Of a stretch of DNA of 64,000 bases, positions 25,092 to 37,015 are shown one piece after another. Below the pieces are notes generated by a model. That model was not told the DNA's origin. It saw only the letters and a list, made by a program, of their open reading frames with translations, and searched no databases. How positions within the stretch are numbered: the stretch's first letter is position 1; every line of letters starts with the position of its first letter. The position numbers and the translations under genes were made by a program. The stretch is from contig OZ024741.1 of the NCBI GenBank assembly GCA_964016885.1, forward strand, positions 44,764,001 through 44,828,000. The letters run 5' to 3'. The stretch comes from Eledone cirrhosa (lineage: Eukaryota).

Positions 25092-25139
25092 AATCATTGA
25101 TGGGCATTTCGAACTAAGCTTGTCCTCATCAGCACGATC
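25092..25139 (-). ncRNA. Type I hammerhead ribozyme
   Basis: Minus strand: gatcgtg-CTGATGA-ggac-aagctta-gttc-GAAA-tg-cc-c-ATC-aatgatt; one mismatch at pair 1.1/2.1. Confidence 0.75.
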
Positions 25140-25461
25140 CCTCCCACTCTTGCACCTGCAAGACTTTGAAAACAGGCGAGAATATATGGTTTTCTCATCT
25201 GTGTAAATGAGGTGATTAATCTCATTTGCATATGAAGCCGTATAAGTTAGCTCAACTTATAATAGAAGAGAATTATAATTTAGCTTCAGGCATAGTTATA
25301 TACAGATATGTATTGGAATTTCGTATTTCAGAAGAAATACGGTATGTTTAAAATAAACATTTGGAGAGCCGTATCTATGCCAAAACACCGGCGATTAATG
25401 CCATCTGGTGGTGACCAGCAGAAGCAAGTTTTCAAAGTCCAGCAGTTGCAAGAGCTGGAGA

Positions 25462-25509
25462 GATTGTGCTGATGAGACCCAGTCCGGTTCGAAATGCACA
25501 TTCACGATT
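25462..25509 (+). ncRNA. Type I hammerhead ribozyme
   Basis: gattgtg-CTGATGA-gacc..ggttc-GAAA-tg-ca-c-ATT-cacgatt; 7-bp stem I, intact core. Confidence 0.8.
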
Positions 25510-25689
25510 GGCCCATTTCCTAATATGCATTATTCATTTTCTGACAAAGACTCTAAATATAATTAGTTGGAACCATTAAAAGCAAATCAAAACTTCACTA
25601 TATTCTGATGTTTCTGTCCAGAGTTGGAACACAAGTTCCAAGTGACCACTATTTAAATACATGCATTTTTTAGGCACATGTTTAGTTTA

Positions 25690-26600
25690 ACAAAACGTCT
25701 TTACATACAGCCATATATATGGCTTTGATCTTCTCCCAGATATTTTCTTTCAATTAAGTTATAATCCTGTGTTTGTTGACATACAGCCTATTTTTCAAAT
25801 GGCCCCAAATAAAGAACTTTGGTGGCTTAAATCTAGGTTTTTTGAGTTCCATACAAAATTAAATTTCAAACGGTTTCAAAGTTATTTTCCGGCCATTGTT
25901 GCGACTCATTGGAGGTGCGAAGCCTTACTCTGCCTTTGGTGAACCAGAATTTATTCTTTAGACATTTTTTGAAATCTTCTAGTACGTTCACATAGAGTTC
26001 CTTTGTGTTTGTAGCAGTCACACAATATTCGAAGCCGAATGGACTAATGAACAGTCTCTCAGAAATGGCAGCCCAGAAGATACATTTAGCCGAGTGTAGA
26101 TGTTTCACAGCAAATCCAGAGGGCTTCTCTGAACCCCTGAACCCATTGTTGTAAGAGTTGATCTTTCTCTTTAAATGAAATTGAACGATCTACAGCAGAT
26201 TCAGAAAATTTGCGTGTTTTCTATTCCCTCCAGTATTTTGTCAGCCATGGCATCTTTCTAGATGTTGTCAGCTAGGTAAGCTTTTGTTTAGTCTGTATTT
26301 TGTTGATTACTTAGGGATGGCTTCTCAGCGGCGATCATTTGAACACTTTTTAACAGACTCTCAGACCAAAACTTCCTGTGTAGGATTCCTGGTCATCCAG
26401 TGTGGGCAGGATGCTCCTCAGACATTGTATTGAGGTTTTCCACTGTCCCACATCTCTTAATCGCCTTCACCTAATTTTGCATATTGACTTTAAAGGGAGA
26501 TTTTTCCCGTTCTAAAAAAATGCTTGGAATTGATCTTGGACCTGTTTGTAAGTTAGAAGTGTTTCACAGAGAAACTCGGGTGCTGGATCTGCTGAGAAAC
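25690..26600 (-). mobile_element. Degenerate Tc1/mariner-superfamily transposon
   Basis: HSAKC..WAAIS....I.PF.F...T...E.Y..VL..F....WF and PDLSPP.FFIWG motifs on the minus strand, with stops and frameshifts; ends approximate. Confidence 0.7.
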
Positions 26601-26791
26601 TGTTCATATATATATATGAAGACAGCATATATATGTGTAGATATATATATATTCCCTCTGATAGTTTGTAAAATTTTTACATAGATCTATATGATATACA
26701 TACCAACACACACATATATATCCTAGAAACGATCGTGAAAATGTTTTAATATAAGGAACTGTTTCTTTGTTTTTATTCATTGTTTTTATTA

Positions 26792-26822
<31 letters not shown>

Positions 26823-28487
26823 ACAATAAATTTAGAATCACACATATATATATATATATACTGGATGTGCGTGTGTGTGAGTGTGTGTCTGCGTGTGTAT
26901 GTGTTTGTGAGTGTGTATTATATATGTTTTTCAAGATATTTTTTGATGTGTTATATAACTTTTTTCTGGTAGAGAGTCATTAATTAACGAAAGCTAAATA
27001 TTTCTAGTTATGTCTCATGCTGTCGATCGCACCTTGTGACATTTATTGTACAGTGACATAATAAATATCTTTTACGTTTCAATTTTTACTTAACTTATTT
27101 TTTCTTAACGAAAACCGATATTTATGATTAGTTTGTGTTAAAAGATAAAATGCTTTTCTCGGTGTTCATAACACTCATATAGCATTACACAAAGAAAAAT
27201 GCATTGCTTTTCTCTGATGGAAGAGAATAAAACAGACAGACAGTTTGTCTCTTAGTCGACCTTATGACGAACTAGTTCATTTGATTCTATATAATCATAC
27301 AAGGTGATGGTGTCTTGGAATTAGACTGCATTGTAACAGTTATTCTCGTTGGAATTCGTTTGCCAATTATTATTTGCGTCATTGATTCCATTTTGTAGAC
27401 AGATGAAAGCGATAAACAACATGAAATTCTTTTTTTTAACGAGGAATATCAAAGAATCAAAATATTGAATGTATAATGTCTTCTATGAATATGCACACAT
27501 ATACCATAGTAAGTATATTAACAAATTAATGGCTTCCCCAAAGAATACTGGCGCAATATATGAAGTAGTTACCAGCGAGTCTCATGGCAGAACAAGAAAA
27601 TGCTTCAGGTTTGAAGACTTCGTAATTCAGTAAGCAAGGAAGACTGAATTAAGCAAAAGATATCTCCAAAGACGTTACAATTCTCAGTTGATGTTACGCT
27701 GAGTCCTATATGCGGCTGTCGCAGCAAGTTCCGGCTAATTCCCACCCATTGGTTGGAACAAATAAATGGTGCCATTAGGAATATATAAGAAGAAACTATT
27801 CCACATAACGACTCATTTATAGAAAATATATTTTAGTTTACAAGGAAAAGGTTGAATGTTACTTAAAAGTCTCAACTATGTAAGTGTTATAAAATATATA
27901 TTGATATGTGATCTGCTTCATCAGATATCGGAGTGAAATTGTCTATCATACTTTTAATTTCATCTCAGTTCTCAACAGAAAATTGTGTTTTAGCACTTAG
28001 TGATTACTTATTGACTGATGTCTTCATCAATATATTCTTAATCATTGAGGTATAAAGGCGTCAATGTAACAATTAAAATGTTTTTTATTTAAACTTTTAT
28101 CTTGAAAATATCTTTATATTTCTTCCGTAGAAGAATTCTAGTTACCCATTTTTCGTCAGTGGAACGCTTATCTAACTTGAGTATGTAAGGATTCCTGACC
28201 GTTTTATTTGATTTTTGTAGTTTCAATTCGTTGTGCAAAGATCTAAATCAATTTAAATAGTAAAAATTGCATTCCTGTTACACAAATAATGTTAGCTAGT
28301 TCTTATGCAATGATTATCACGTGTGACGCTTTTCTTCACTGTAGTGTGCAAAGTGGCAGCAACCTCTGTATTTCCTCTGTACTGGTAGAAACTGTATAGT
28401 GTATAACTGCATAACTAAGAATGCAGTAGAGAGGGTAAGGTCTGTATGGGGATTGTTCAGAAATATAGCAACAATATATATATATAG

Positions 28488-28725
28488 AAGTGGCAGCCAG
28501 TACCATAGGAACGAGAATGAGGAACTACCGTCGAGAACATAAAGAGGAGAAATGCTAGTCAGTTCTATACCAAAATGCTAAACTGGAACATGAGGTCTCA
28601 ATAGATAACATAGAAGTAAAGATCCTAACCCCACATCGAACTGACACAAAACTCGGACAAATCATGGAGGCCAAACAAGTAAAGAGTAGATCGACACAGA
28701 GCAGAAAACACGAAGGGAATAGTAG
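28488..28725 (+). pseudogene. GIY-YIG endonuclease C-terminal fragment of a Penelope-like element
   Basis: TIGTRMRNY.R..KE.K.*SVLY.NA..EH......I.VKIL......TKL.QIMEA..V......K.E.N; starts at (TA)n. Confidence 0.55.
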
Positions 28726-28729
28726 CACG

Positions 28730-29190
28730 TCTATCCCACAGCCTGACTGAGGACAGAATAGGACAGATAGGAAGTTATCCATGAGCCTTGGACCGAACCT
28801 CCTCCCGAAAAGTCTGTTTAGTTGATTTTCGTCGATGTCCAGAGTGTCCCCCAGTATGTCATTGATTTTCCCCAATCACTAATCCCCTAGAGAACGCCAA
28901 GTTGGAGTTTCCACTGATCGTACTCCCCGATTGGTAGAAGGCGGCGAATGCTTAAAGACATTCTAGATTTCAAGCGGTAACTTACGGTCGATTATTGACG
29001 CTTGACTACAAGGAAACCAGTGGGCGAAAGCGCATCCACAACTGCTCACATTCAAGGATAAGCTGGAGGCATCGTGGCCTCAGTGCATGTCTGCAGATCA
29101 TCAGCCACAGCATGCCCAGTCCTTCTGGCACCAAGTGTCGACAGCAGAACAATCGCCTGAACATCGGAATGCATCACTTCCACTAAGTAT
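28730..29190 (-). mobile_element. Decayed Tx1-clade ORF2 fragment
   Basis: DILGDTLDIDENQL.RLFGR.FGP..MDNF matches DTLGESLDMEEDELASLFGRTFGPGPMDNF of the 33.8-36.0 kb ORF. Confidence 0.75.
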
Positions 29191-29990
29191 TTACTGAAAG
29201 TAATTTGTACATTTGGTTTTGTTATGTTGATTAAGCCTATTCATGATATGAATTCAATATTAACGTTGTTTACACACATACATAAATACATACATACACC
29301 TTCAGCTTTATACCCATCATTATTGGAGCTATAGTATAACTCAACTTGGATTTGTTGACATAGACTACAAATGGCGGCGATAGCTGGCTCCTTCAAAATT
29401 TGTAAAACATTCTTGCCATTCGAGGGATGACGATTTCTTTCCTTTTACAACCTTGCCACCAAATACATACGAGGTGCGTTTTTATTTGTCCCCGCCAAAA
29501 CTATTGCCACCTGGGCAAAATCCTCAGGGATGACGCCACCCATCCTCCGCTAAAGCGAAAGTTTTCTCACCGGTGAACCGCGTTTCTTCCTGGCTGTTAC
29601 GCCAAGTCTGTAGATGTATAATGCGCACTCATCAGATTTCCGTTTTCATGCAAACTGAACCAACGCTTCGAGCATAGATATTGCGCCAAATTTGTCAAAA
29701 GCTTCGTGATACTCAAGTTCAAACTATACAGAATATTCAGCGCGCTATTGTCGGTGATGCCATGGGTAAAACTTAAATCCATGCGTAGTACAACCTCTTC
29801 AAACATAGCGGCACCTCAGTGGAGAGCAAAGCACTATCAGGCAGGTCATCCACAAGTGAATTATCCCATTTTCCTCCTCCCCATCCACCACTAAATACTT
29901 GTTTTATTGGATATGTATACATCGGAATATCCTGATATATTGTGTAAGCGAAGAATGTACAACATTATTTCGCGTTGTTGAAATACTTAC

Positions 29991-30153
29991 TAATAATAGA
30001 GTGCCTTTTAGTTAAATTCTTCATCTCTTCTGCATATAAAGGTATATCATGGTACCGCTTCAATGACAAAGCCGCCTGGCGATAGTCACTTCGTAGGAAT
30101 GGTAGAGAACAGAATGTTTCTTTACTGCGTTTGATATGGATTGGCTGTATCAC
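29991..30153 (-). CDS. Candidate host-gene exon (163 bp), product unknown
   Basis: Minus strand ttag| ... |gtaagt boundaries; one frame fully open (VIQPIHIKRSKETFCSLPF...HSII); non-repetitive sequence; protein not recognised. Confidence 0.35.
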
Positions 30154-30420
30154 CTAAGCATGGGACAACATACGTTGAACTATTTAATAAGTCTTTATAA
30201 TCATGTTCTTATGTCGACAAGATCAATATTGTCATTTCTAATTCACGGACGTGCAAAATCATTAGAATTGTGTTGATAATACCAGCTGTTTTTCACACTA
30301 AGTTGTGTGGTTTTATATCACTATTATTATTCAATTTATTTTGATTTCTATACATTCCTCTTTCAGATTTCGCTGTATAAAATCTTCAACACACCTGAAA
30401 CAATTTAATTATATGTACTA

Positions 30421-31239
30421 CTAGCAGCAGTACCCAGCGTTGCCTCGGTAGGTAACATAATATCTGCTTTGAGGAAAAGGTGTTGATCTTAGCGACTGCT
30501 TCTCGATGACTCATCTATGGCCACACACAGGCCATGCGGGGGAGGGTGGTGATGACCTCTATCACTGAGAAACACGGATGACTGACGAAGAGGTATGCTG
30601 GGGGAGGGAGTTTTGAATTTGAACGAAATCGGTTGAAAAATGTGGGAGCTAGAGCCGAAAAGGCGGAATTTTGAGCGAAAAGGTGGTATTTTCGAATATT
30701 TAAGCGGCTGCCACGCCGTTGCTGAACAAAAAAATCCAAAATGTAAAGCCACTTTAAGACGTGAAATAATCAGATCTAGCACAGTGTAAAATTTGAACAG
30801 AGTAGGTTGATTAATGTGGGAGCTAGAGCCGAAAAAGTGGAAATTTGAGTCTAAAAGTGATATTTTTGAATGTTTAAGCGGCTGCCATGCCGTCCCTGAA
30901 CAACAAATGCAAAATATAAAGGGATTACAGGATGTCAAATAATAAATTCTATTTTGTTTTAAAATTTGAACGAAATCGGTGGCAAAATGTGGGAGCTAGA
31001 GCCAAAAATCTTATTTTTCGATACCTAAAGAAAGGTGACCCCCCCCCCTATCGATTTTTATCTGCAGAATGACCCCGGATTTAAAAAAACGATACGGTGA
31101 TATATAGAAAACACTCCCCGGTGACTAATCTAAGAGCCTGTAAAGTTTCATGAAAATCGGTCGTAAGATGTAGGCCCCTATAGATAATACACAGACACCC
31201 AGACACAAACACACACATACTTAATTTTATATATATACA
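30421..31239 (-). mobile_element. Non-autonomous Helitron with internal ~175-bp tandem repeats
   Basis: Minus-strand 3' end: GC hairpin (taccgaggcaacgctgggta), then CTAG|T. 5' end: tatatatataaaatt + GT-rich tract. Three aatttgaac...atgtgggagctagagcc units at ~30615, ~30790 and ~30962. Confidence 0.8.
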
Positions 31240-31310
31240 GGTGATGATTGCATTTATGAACAAAAATCGTCTCGTCATATATAAATATATACTTACTTAT
31301 ATATACTTAC

Positions 31311-31373
31311 CTTTCGTTGTATATCGAAAGAAGTTTGTATGTCAACACATCGAATATAACTCACAAGCGACAT
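31311..31373 (-). CDS. Candidate first coding exon (MSLVSYIRCVDIQTSFDIQRK), phase-compatible with 29991-30153
   Basis: Strong donor AAG|GTAAGT at 31310; phase 0; no homology recognised. Confidence 0.25.
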
Positions 31374-32689
31374 ATGTAATTTATTGTGTTTGCCTCATGG
31401 ATGTCCTTGAAATTGAATGTCATACAAGTCACCCCCAATTCGTTCAAAGGCCAAATTGGTTATAGTTGAAAATATATAATTCTCTTTGACATATTAATAT
31501 AATGACTCACCTAGCAGCGAATTTTGCGGCAAGATTAAGAAAAAGGTTAAACTAATTTCTCATAGCCATCTTTATATAGTCAATGAAACATTAAAATATA
31601 AAGAACAGCCTGTGGAACATTAGTACACTACGGATACTATCAAAATATATACATTTTGTCTAGCAATGAATCTAAAAGTAGTCTAAAATTCTGAATAATT
31701 ATGGATGACTAATTTCTTTTTCTATCCATGTTAACAACATTTTTAATTCGTGGACTATTTGAGAAATATACAAAAAATAAAATAAAAGCTTATCATATTG
31801 GCATTGTTGTTTTCCTTTTCTTTAATTATGAAAGGCGTCTTGCCACTGCTCCCAATGCTCTAAATGCTTGGAAAGGTAATATCGATTGTTATAAATTATG
31901 ATAAATAACGCAACACGACTGCAAATATCGTAATACTAAATATTAAAGAAGAAATGAGAAACAAATACACGTGAGAGAGGAAATGGAAAAGTGAAACGAA
32001 GAGTAAAAGAAAGAGTTAAGTAAAATAGTAATGAAAGAAAATATAAGAAATAAAACAGATTTTCCTCGTTACAATGTTAAAGAAATGAAGCGAAAATGCA
32101 GTAGAACAAGTTAGTGCAAAAGGAAATAAGCGGAAATTAGATGACAAAAAATTAGAGATTAACGGACATGGAAAAATATGATTGAATGAAAAGAGTAAAA
32201 CATGAATGTATTAGAGGGATATACTATGGAAAATGAAAGCAAAAGTTCATAATAGACTATACAACTTCGTTATAATTATTCGCTAGGTGCAGGAAGATAG
32301 CGAACTGATGCACACTCCAGGATGCCTAATATATTATCCGCTGCTTCAGGTTTATTTATAACTACCGTTGCCCATAAAACTATTCGAAACAACCAATAGA
32401 TTATATTAATTACTCGCTATATACAATTAGCACAGAAAATATATGTAATACGATTCTATTTGTGTAAGGTTTTATTTATTCATCTTCAGTGATATTGACT
32501 GACCTATTTAATTGGAGCCGGTAGCAAATAGCGACTGTTTTCTTTCTTTGGATACATATTATATTCTTTAATTCATATCATATATATATTCTAATCGATT
32601 GACAAGAACCCAAACCTCATTCGCTTAACGGGTGGAGATCGTCAAATTGGACAATGTTTCTATTGTTCTTTCCAGATGTTAATACTATC

Positions 32690-32817
32690 TACCGGTCGCA
32701 AATCCAGGCGGAAGCAACAAGTGTCTTGCTTAAGGACATAACACATCGCCCAGTCCGCGAATCGAACTCACGACCTCATGAGTACTAATCTAATTCTCTA
32801 AACAGCCACGAACCTTC
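32690..32817 (-). mobile_element. tRNA-derived SINE 5' half
   Basis: Minus strand: gaggtcgtgagttcgattc (B box)...tgtgttatgtccttaagcaagacactt. Confidence 0.65.
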
Positions 32818-32910
32818 GTATATATATATATGTGTGTGTGTATATGTGTGCGCGCGTGTGTGTGCGTGTGTGTTTGTGTGTTAGAGAGAGAGAGAGAGAG
32901 AGAGAGAGAG

Positions 32911-33226
32911 TCTCGGGTTTAATCGGAGGTAACCAAAATAAGTAAGGTACTCAATACATTAGTAGAGTGTTAACATCAAATTGAATATAGATATGGCTTC
33001 TACAGGACTAGAACTGTTTTATACGAATGAATTCATCACGGAAGCCAACTGTCATAGTAATACGGTGGTATGATTTCTGATGGTTGGGAAAAGTGCTTAT
33101 TTTAAGGATGGGTATATGTCGTTGGCCAAGAGATTTTAAAGAACATGGATTCGTTGAAAAAATGCTTTTTGATTACCTCAAACAACTCGAATAGTACCTG
33201 CTATACGGCAGCTATAACTCCAGTGT

Positions 33227-33232
<6 letters not shown>
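32911..33232 (-). mobile_element. PLE pseudo-LTR-like fragment with decayed hammerhead (32996-33047)
   Basis: Tail gtattgagtaccttactta is shared with 60150-60181; the acagttctagtcc.gtagaa motif is shared with 63952-64000. Confidence 0.5.
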
Positions 33233-33316
<84 letters not shown>

Positions 33317-33546
33317 GATAGATAGATAGATATATTTCTTTATTTACCATAAAGGCATAAAAAGGGATAAATACAAAGGGGGAGTTTACATACAATCGAG
33401 TAAAAAGGGTATAAAATGAAAATAATCGAAAACAACCTCAAAAGGGAGGGGACGTGATGGGGGTTACACACACACCCGAAAAAGTGTGCAATTCTTTGCC
33501 CGGGGAGCACATGGAGAAGGTGCTCCCCTCTCCTTCACTTCTTTAC

Positions 33547-36017
33547 CTACAGGATGGTATACAGAGAAGGCCCATTTACACGAGCCATTCTCGCCACTAT
33601 CACCCACCTTTCATAAAACTGCCTGTGGCCAAGCACCTCTCTCTCCATTCTTATCCTTCTTCCGAAGTGATATCGGAAGAAGTAGACCAGACTATGGCCA
33701 GAGAGGAAGTTGCCTGACCTCAGACCTTTCAATCGTGTCCACCAAACAACCTCTTTCAACATGGCTATTACGCACAGAAAAACCGCCTTTGCTTCCTTTG
33801 TGAAGAGGGGAGGCGGTTTGATTGTCATCACGGACTCGGCGGTCAATTGAATCGGCGCCACCCACGACAGCAGTCGTTCGGCGTAGCCCCACAGATCAGC
33901 CACGTCCGGACATTGCACCAATGCGTGCGCAACGGTTTCTTCGTGACGCACGCATCTAGGGCAAATCTTTTTCGAGGGATCCTGCCCAGGCGCCCGTGTC
34001 TGTAGAGCCTCTCTCGAACGGGTAGAGTCCCCCGGTAGCACTGCCAGGCTAGTGACTTCTGGAAGTTGTCCATTGGTCCCGGGCCGAAAGTCCTACCGAA
34101 CAGGCTGGCCAGTTCGTCCTCTTCCATGTCCAGCGACTCTCCAAGGGTGTCATCGCCCCTGCTAGCCACCAGCCCTCTATAGAATGATGAGGTGGATTCT
34201 CCACCGATGGCCAGGCCCGATTGCCAGAAAGCCCTGAGCTCCTGAGCAAACTCAATGTGCCAGTCTCCCAGTTTTCCGGATCTTTGCTTGACCCAGGACT
34301 GCAGCTCGGTGAGCGAGACGAGTCTCGGAAAGGCTCGTTTCACGAACGGAGCCCACACCGGTTGACCAGTGAGGAATACCTGTAGGTGTCGTAGCCTTAA
34401 TGCGTGCCTACGCATCATCAACCACGGCATCCCCAGCCCTCCTTTTGAAGGTTGTTGGCAGCAGGTGGATCTTCTCACCATAGGAGGGCGCTTCTTCCAA
34501 AGAAATTGGAAGAGCATGCGTTTCATGGTGGTGAGTGTTTCCTTAGGGCAAGGCACGACAGTCAGGCGGTAGTAGGTGACGGACGCTATGTAAATGTTCG
34601 CCACCTCCGCCCGGCCTTTTAGGGACAGCTTACACTTGGCCCATTTCTGGGTTAGTGCAAACACCTTGTTCGTAACCTCGTCCCAGTTCTTTTCCACCTG
34701 GAGGTCCGGTCCAAACCAGACCCCAAGCAACTTTACCGGGCCCTCCGTCCAGTGTCCGACGACACCGTCGGGAGGCATCGGTCTGCTTCTCCACGTTCCG
34801 AGTTGCAGCCCGATGGATTTTTCCCGGTTTAGTTTCGCTCCTGACAACCTTTCGTAATCCTCCAGTAAGGTACCGATCGCCTCGATCTCCGAGTCGGTCG
34901 ATACCATTACTGTTACGTCATCGGCGTAGGCCGACACCGCTTTGCTCAATCCTGGTTCCAGGGGGATACCCTGCAACAACTCTAACTTCCTCAGTAAAGG
35001 CTCGAGAGTCAATACGTACAGAAGGGAGGAGAGAGGGCACCCCTGTCGAATGGATTGTGTGATTTCGAACGGCTTCGAAAGGTAGCCGTTCACCTTGATC
35101 CTAGAACAGATGTGGTTGCTATGTAAGGCAGTGATCCAGTCTCTGAAAACAGGACCGAACCCAGCCGCCGCTAGCACCGCATCCAGGTAACCATGGTCGA
35201 CCCTATCGAAGGCCTTAGACTGATCCAAGTTGATCAGGGCCCCACCGAAGCCGGGTTTGTTGCGAACCCTCTCTATGATGTATAGCATGAGGTGGAGGTT
35301 ATCGTGAATGGACCTGGATGGGATAGCACATGTCTGCGCATCTCCCACCAGGCTACCCACGACAAGCGCCAACCTCTTTGCTAACACCTTGGCCAAAATC
35401 TTTAATTCTGTGTTTAGCAGGGTTATGGGCCGAAAATTATTTATACTATCCCCCTTGTTCTCGTCCTTCCTCACCAGCGAGACTACGCCCTTAGCTACAG
35501 AACAAGGAATTCTCCCGTTCTGCTGCCAATTGCAGTAGACCACTTCGAGGAGTTCGGAGAAGAAGACCGGCATTGCTAAATAAAGTTCGTAAGGTATACC
35601 ATCGAGACCTGGAGATTTGCGTCTGCTGCATTGGCTCAGCGCATCTCCGATCTCATCAGCCGAGATTGGTCCCTCGCAGGACTCTGCCTCTTCGCTCGAG
35701 AGACGCGGCAGGCCGTCGAGGTATGGACCGAAATCCACGTCCCCGCCCGGACACCCGCCTCCCCCGAATAATCGGGCAAAGTGCCTTTGAAAGGCCTCGC
35801 ACATCTGCTTAGGCTCCCGGATCACCCGTCCATCCTCGTCTTGCAACGACCGGATGGTGGATCGATCTCCACTCTTAGCTTCTGTCACGCGGGCCCAGCC
35901 AACGGCTTTGGCCCCCTCATTACCTAGAGCACGTATTTTACTTCGAATGACGCAGCCTTCGTGCTTTGCATCGAAAAACTGGTTCAAGACCGTCCTCGAT
36001 GCCAGCACTCTGGCCAC
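33547..36017 (-). pseudogene. Tx1 ORF2 reverse transcriptase + C-terminal CCHC finger (frameshifted near 33960)
   Basis: KSPGLDG, NFRPITLLN..LKILAK, LDQSKAFDRV, RQGCPLS, AYADD, CPRC...ETVAHALVQC. Confidence 0.92.
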
Positions 36018-36052
36018 TCTTGGCTCTTGATTGCCTCTTCTAATTTACCTGT

Positions 36053-36982
36053 TTATTCTTTCTCGTTTCTATTCCTATCGGCAGCTGACATCTTGCTATA
36101 ACTTATTGATTCTGTTCTAATATCTCTTTTGAGATATGCCCGCCATCGGTTGTTGACGATTGCACCCGTCAACCTCTCCTTAACTAATCTGCTAATCCGG
36201 TTTCTGTAAGTCTCTTTTGCCGGTAAAGACAAATTCAGTTTCCAGTAACCGGGACCCTGTTTATGTGTTTTCTCGAGAATGACTACGCAGGTCACTAATT
36301 TGTGATCAGTATAGCCAACCGTGCGCATTTCTGGACAGCTTAATATGTCCCTATCCTTACTTCTAACTAAGAATCTATCAACTAACGATCTAGATTGACC
36401 ACTGTGGTTTCTCCAAGTCCAGGTAGGCACAGTTGGAAAATCTAGTCGATATCTATCGACCAAGTTAAAACGGTCGAGTAACCCCTTGAGGCTGTTACAA
36501 CCCCTTCTATTAGGACATGCTCCTGCATAGTCCCAACGTGCATCTAGGATGTCATTCCAATCCCCCGCTAGAAGCAGGGAACGCGACGTTCCCAGAAAAG
36601 TCTCCAAACGCTGGAAGAAGTCGGGCCGTTCAGCTCCGAAAGGGGAGTAGACGGCGACCAGTCTCAAGGCCGCACCTTCACTACTGCCAACGTCTAGCAC
36701 CAACAAACGACTCTCCAGGTCCGAGTGAACAACCTGTACGGCAAGACCCAGGTGTTTTTGCAGCAGTACGACAACCCCACCCCCACATCCAGGTTGACAG
36801 AGAGATGCATGCACCTCAAAGTCATCGAAGGTAGGGGCCAGCTGCCGCACGACGCTGATCCGAGTCTCACAGATAACCATTACATTTATACCACATGACC
36901 TGAGGTCATTTAGAAGCTTTGCTTGCTTCCAAGTTGAGCCCAGGCCACGTGCATTCAAACATCCTACTCTTAACACATCCAT
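36053..36982 (-). pseudogene. Tx1 ORF2 apurinic-like endonuclease (separated from RT by a frameshift)
   Basis: LNARGL, ICET, GDWN, TW.N....S..DR, TDHK, GPGYWKLN. Confidence 0.9.
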
Positions 36983-37015
36983 GTGGGCGGCAGAGCCAAA
37001 GGAGAGTGTAGAGAC

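Larger units (their letters stand above)
24928..25514 (-). mobile_element. Retrozyme-like ORF-less element: 343-bp unit, 158-bp direct repeat, inverted hammerhead-bearing arm
   Basis: 24928-25085 repeats at 25271-25428; 25086-25172 is a diverged reverse complement of 25429-25514; each arm has a hammerhead; starts at (TA)n. Confidence 0.85.

Noticed and set aside
29468-29900. Mariner-like start (tacgaggtgcgtt) and fragment
   Set aside because: No matching second TIR or clear catalytic motif; too decayed to call.
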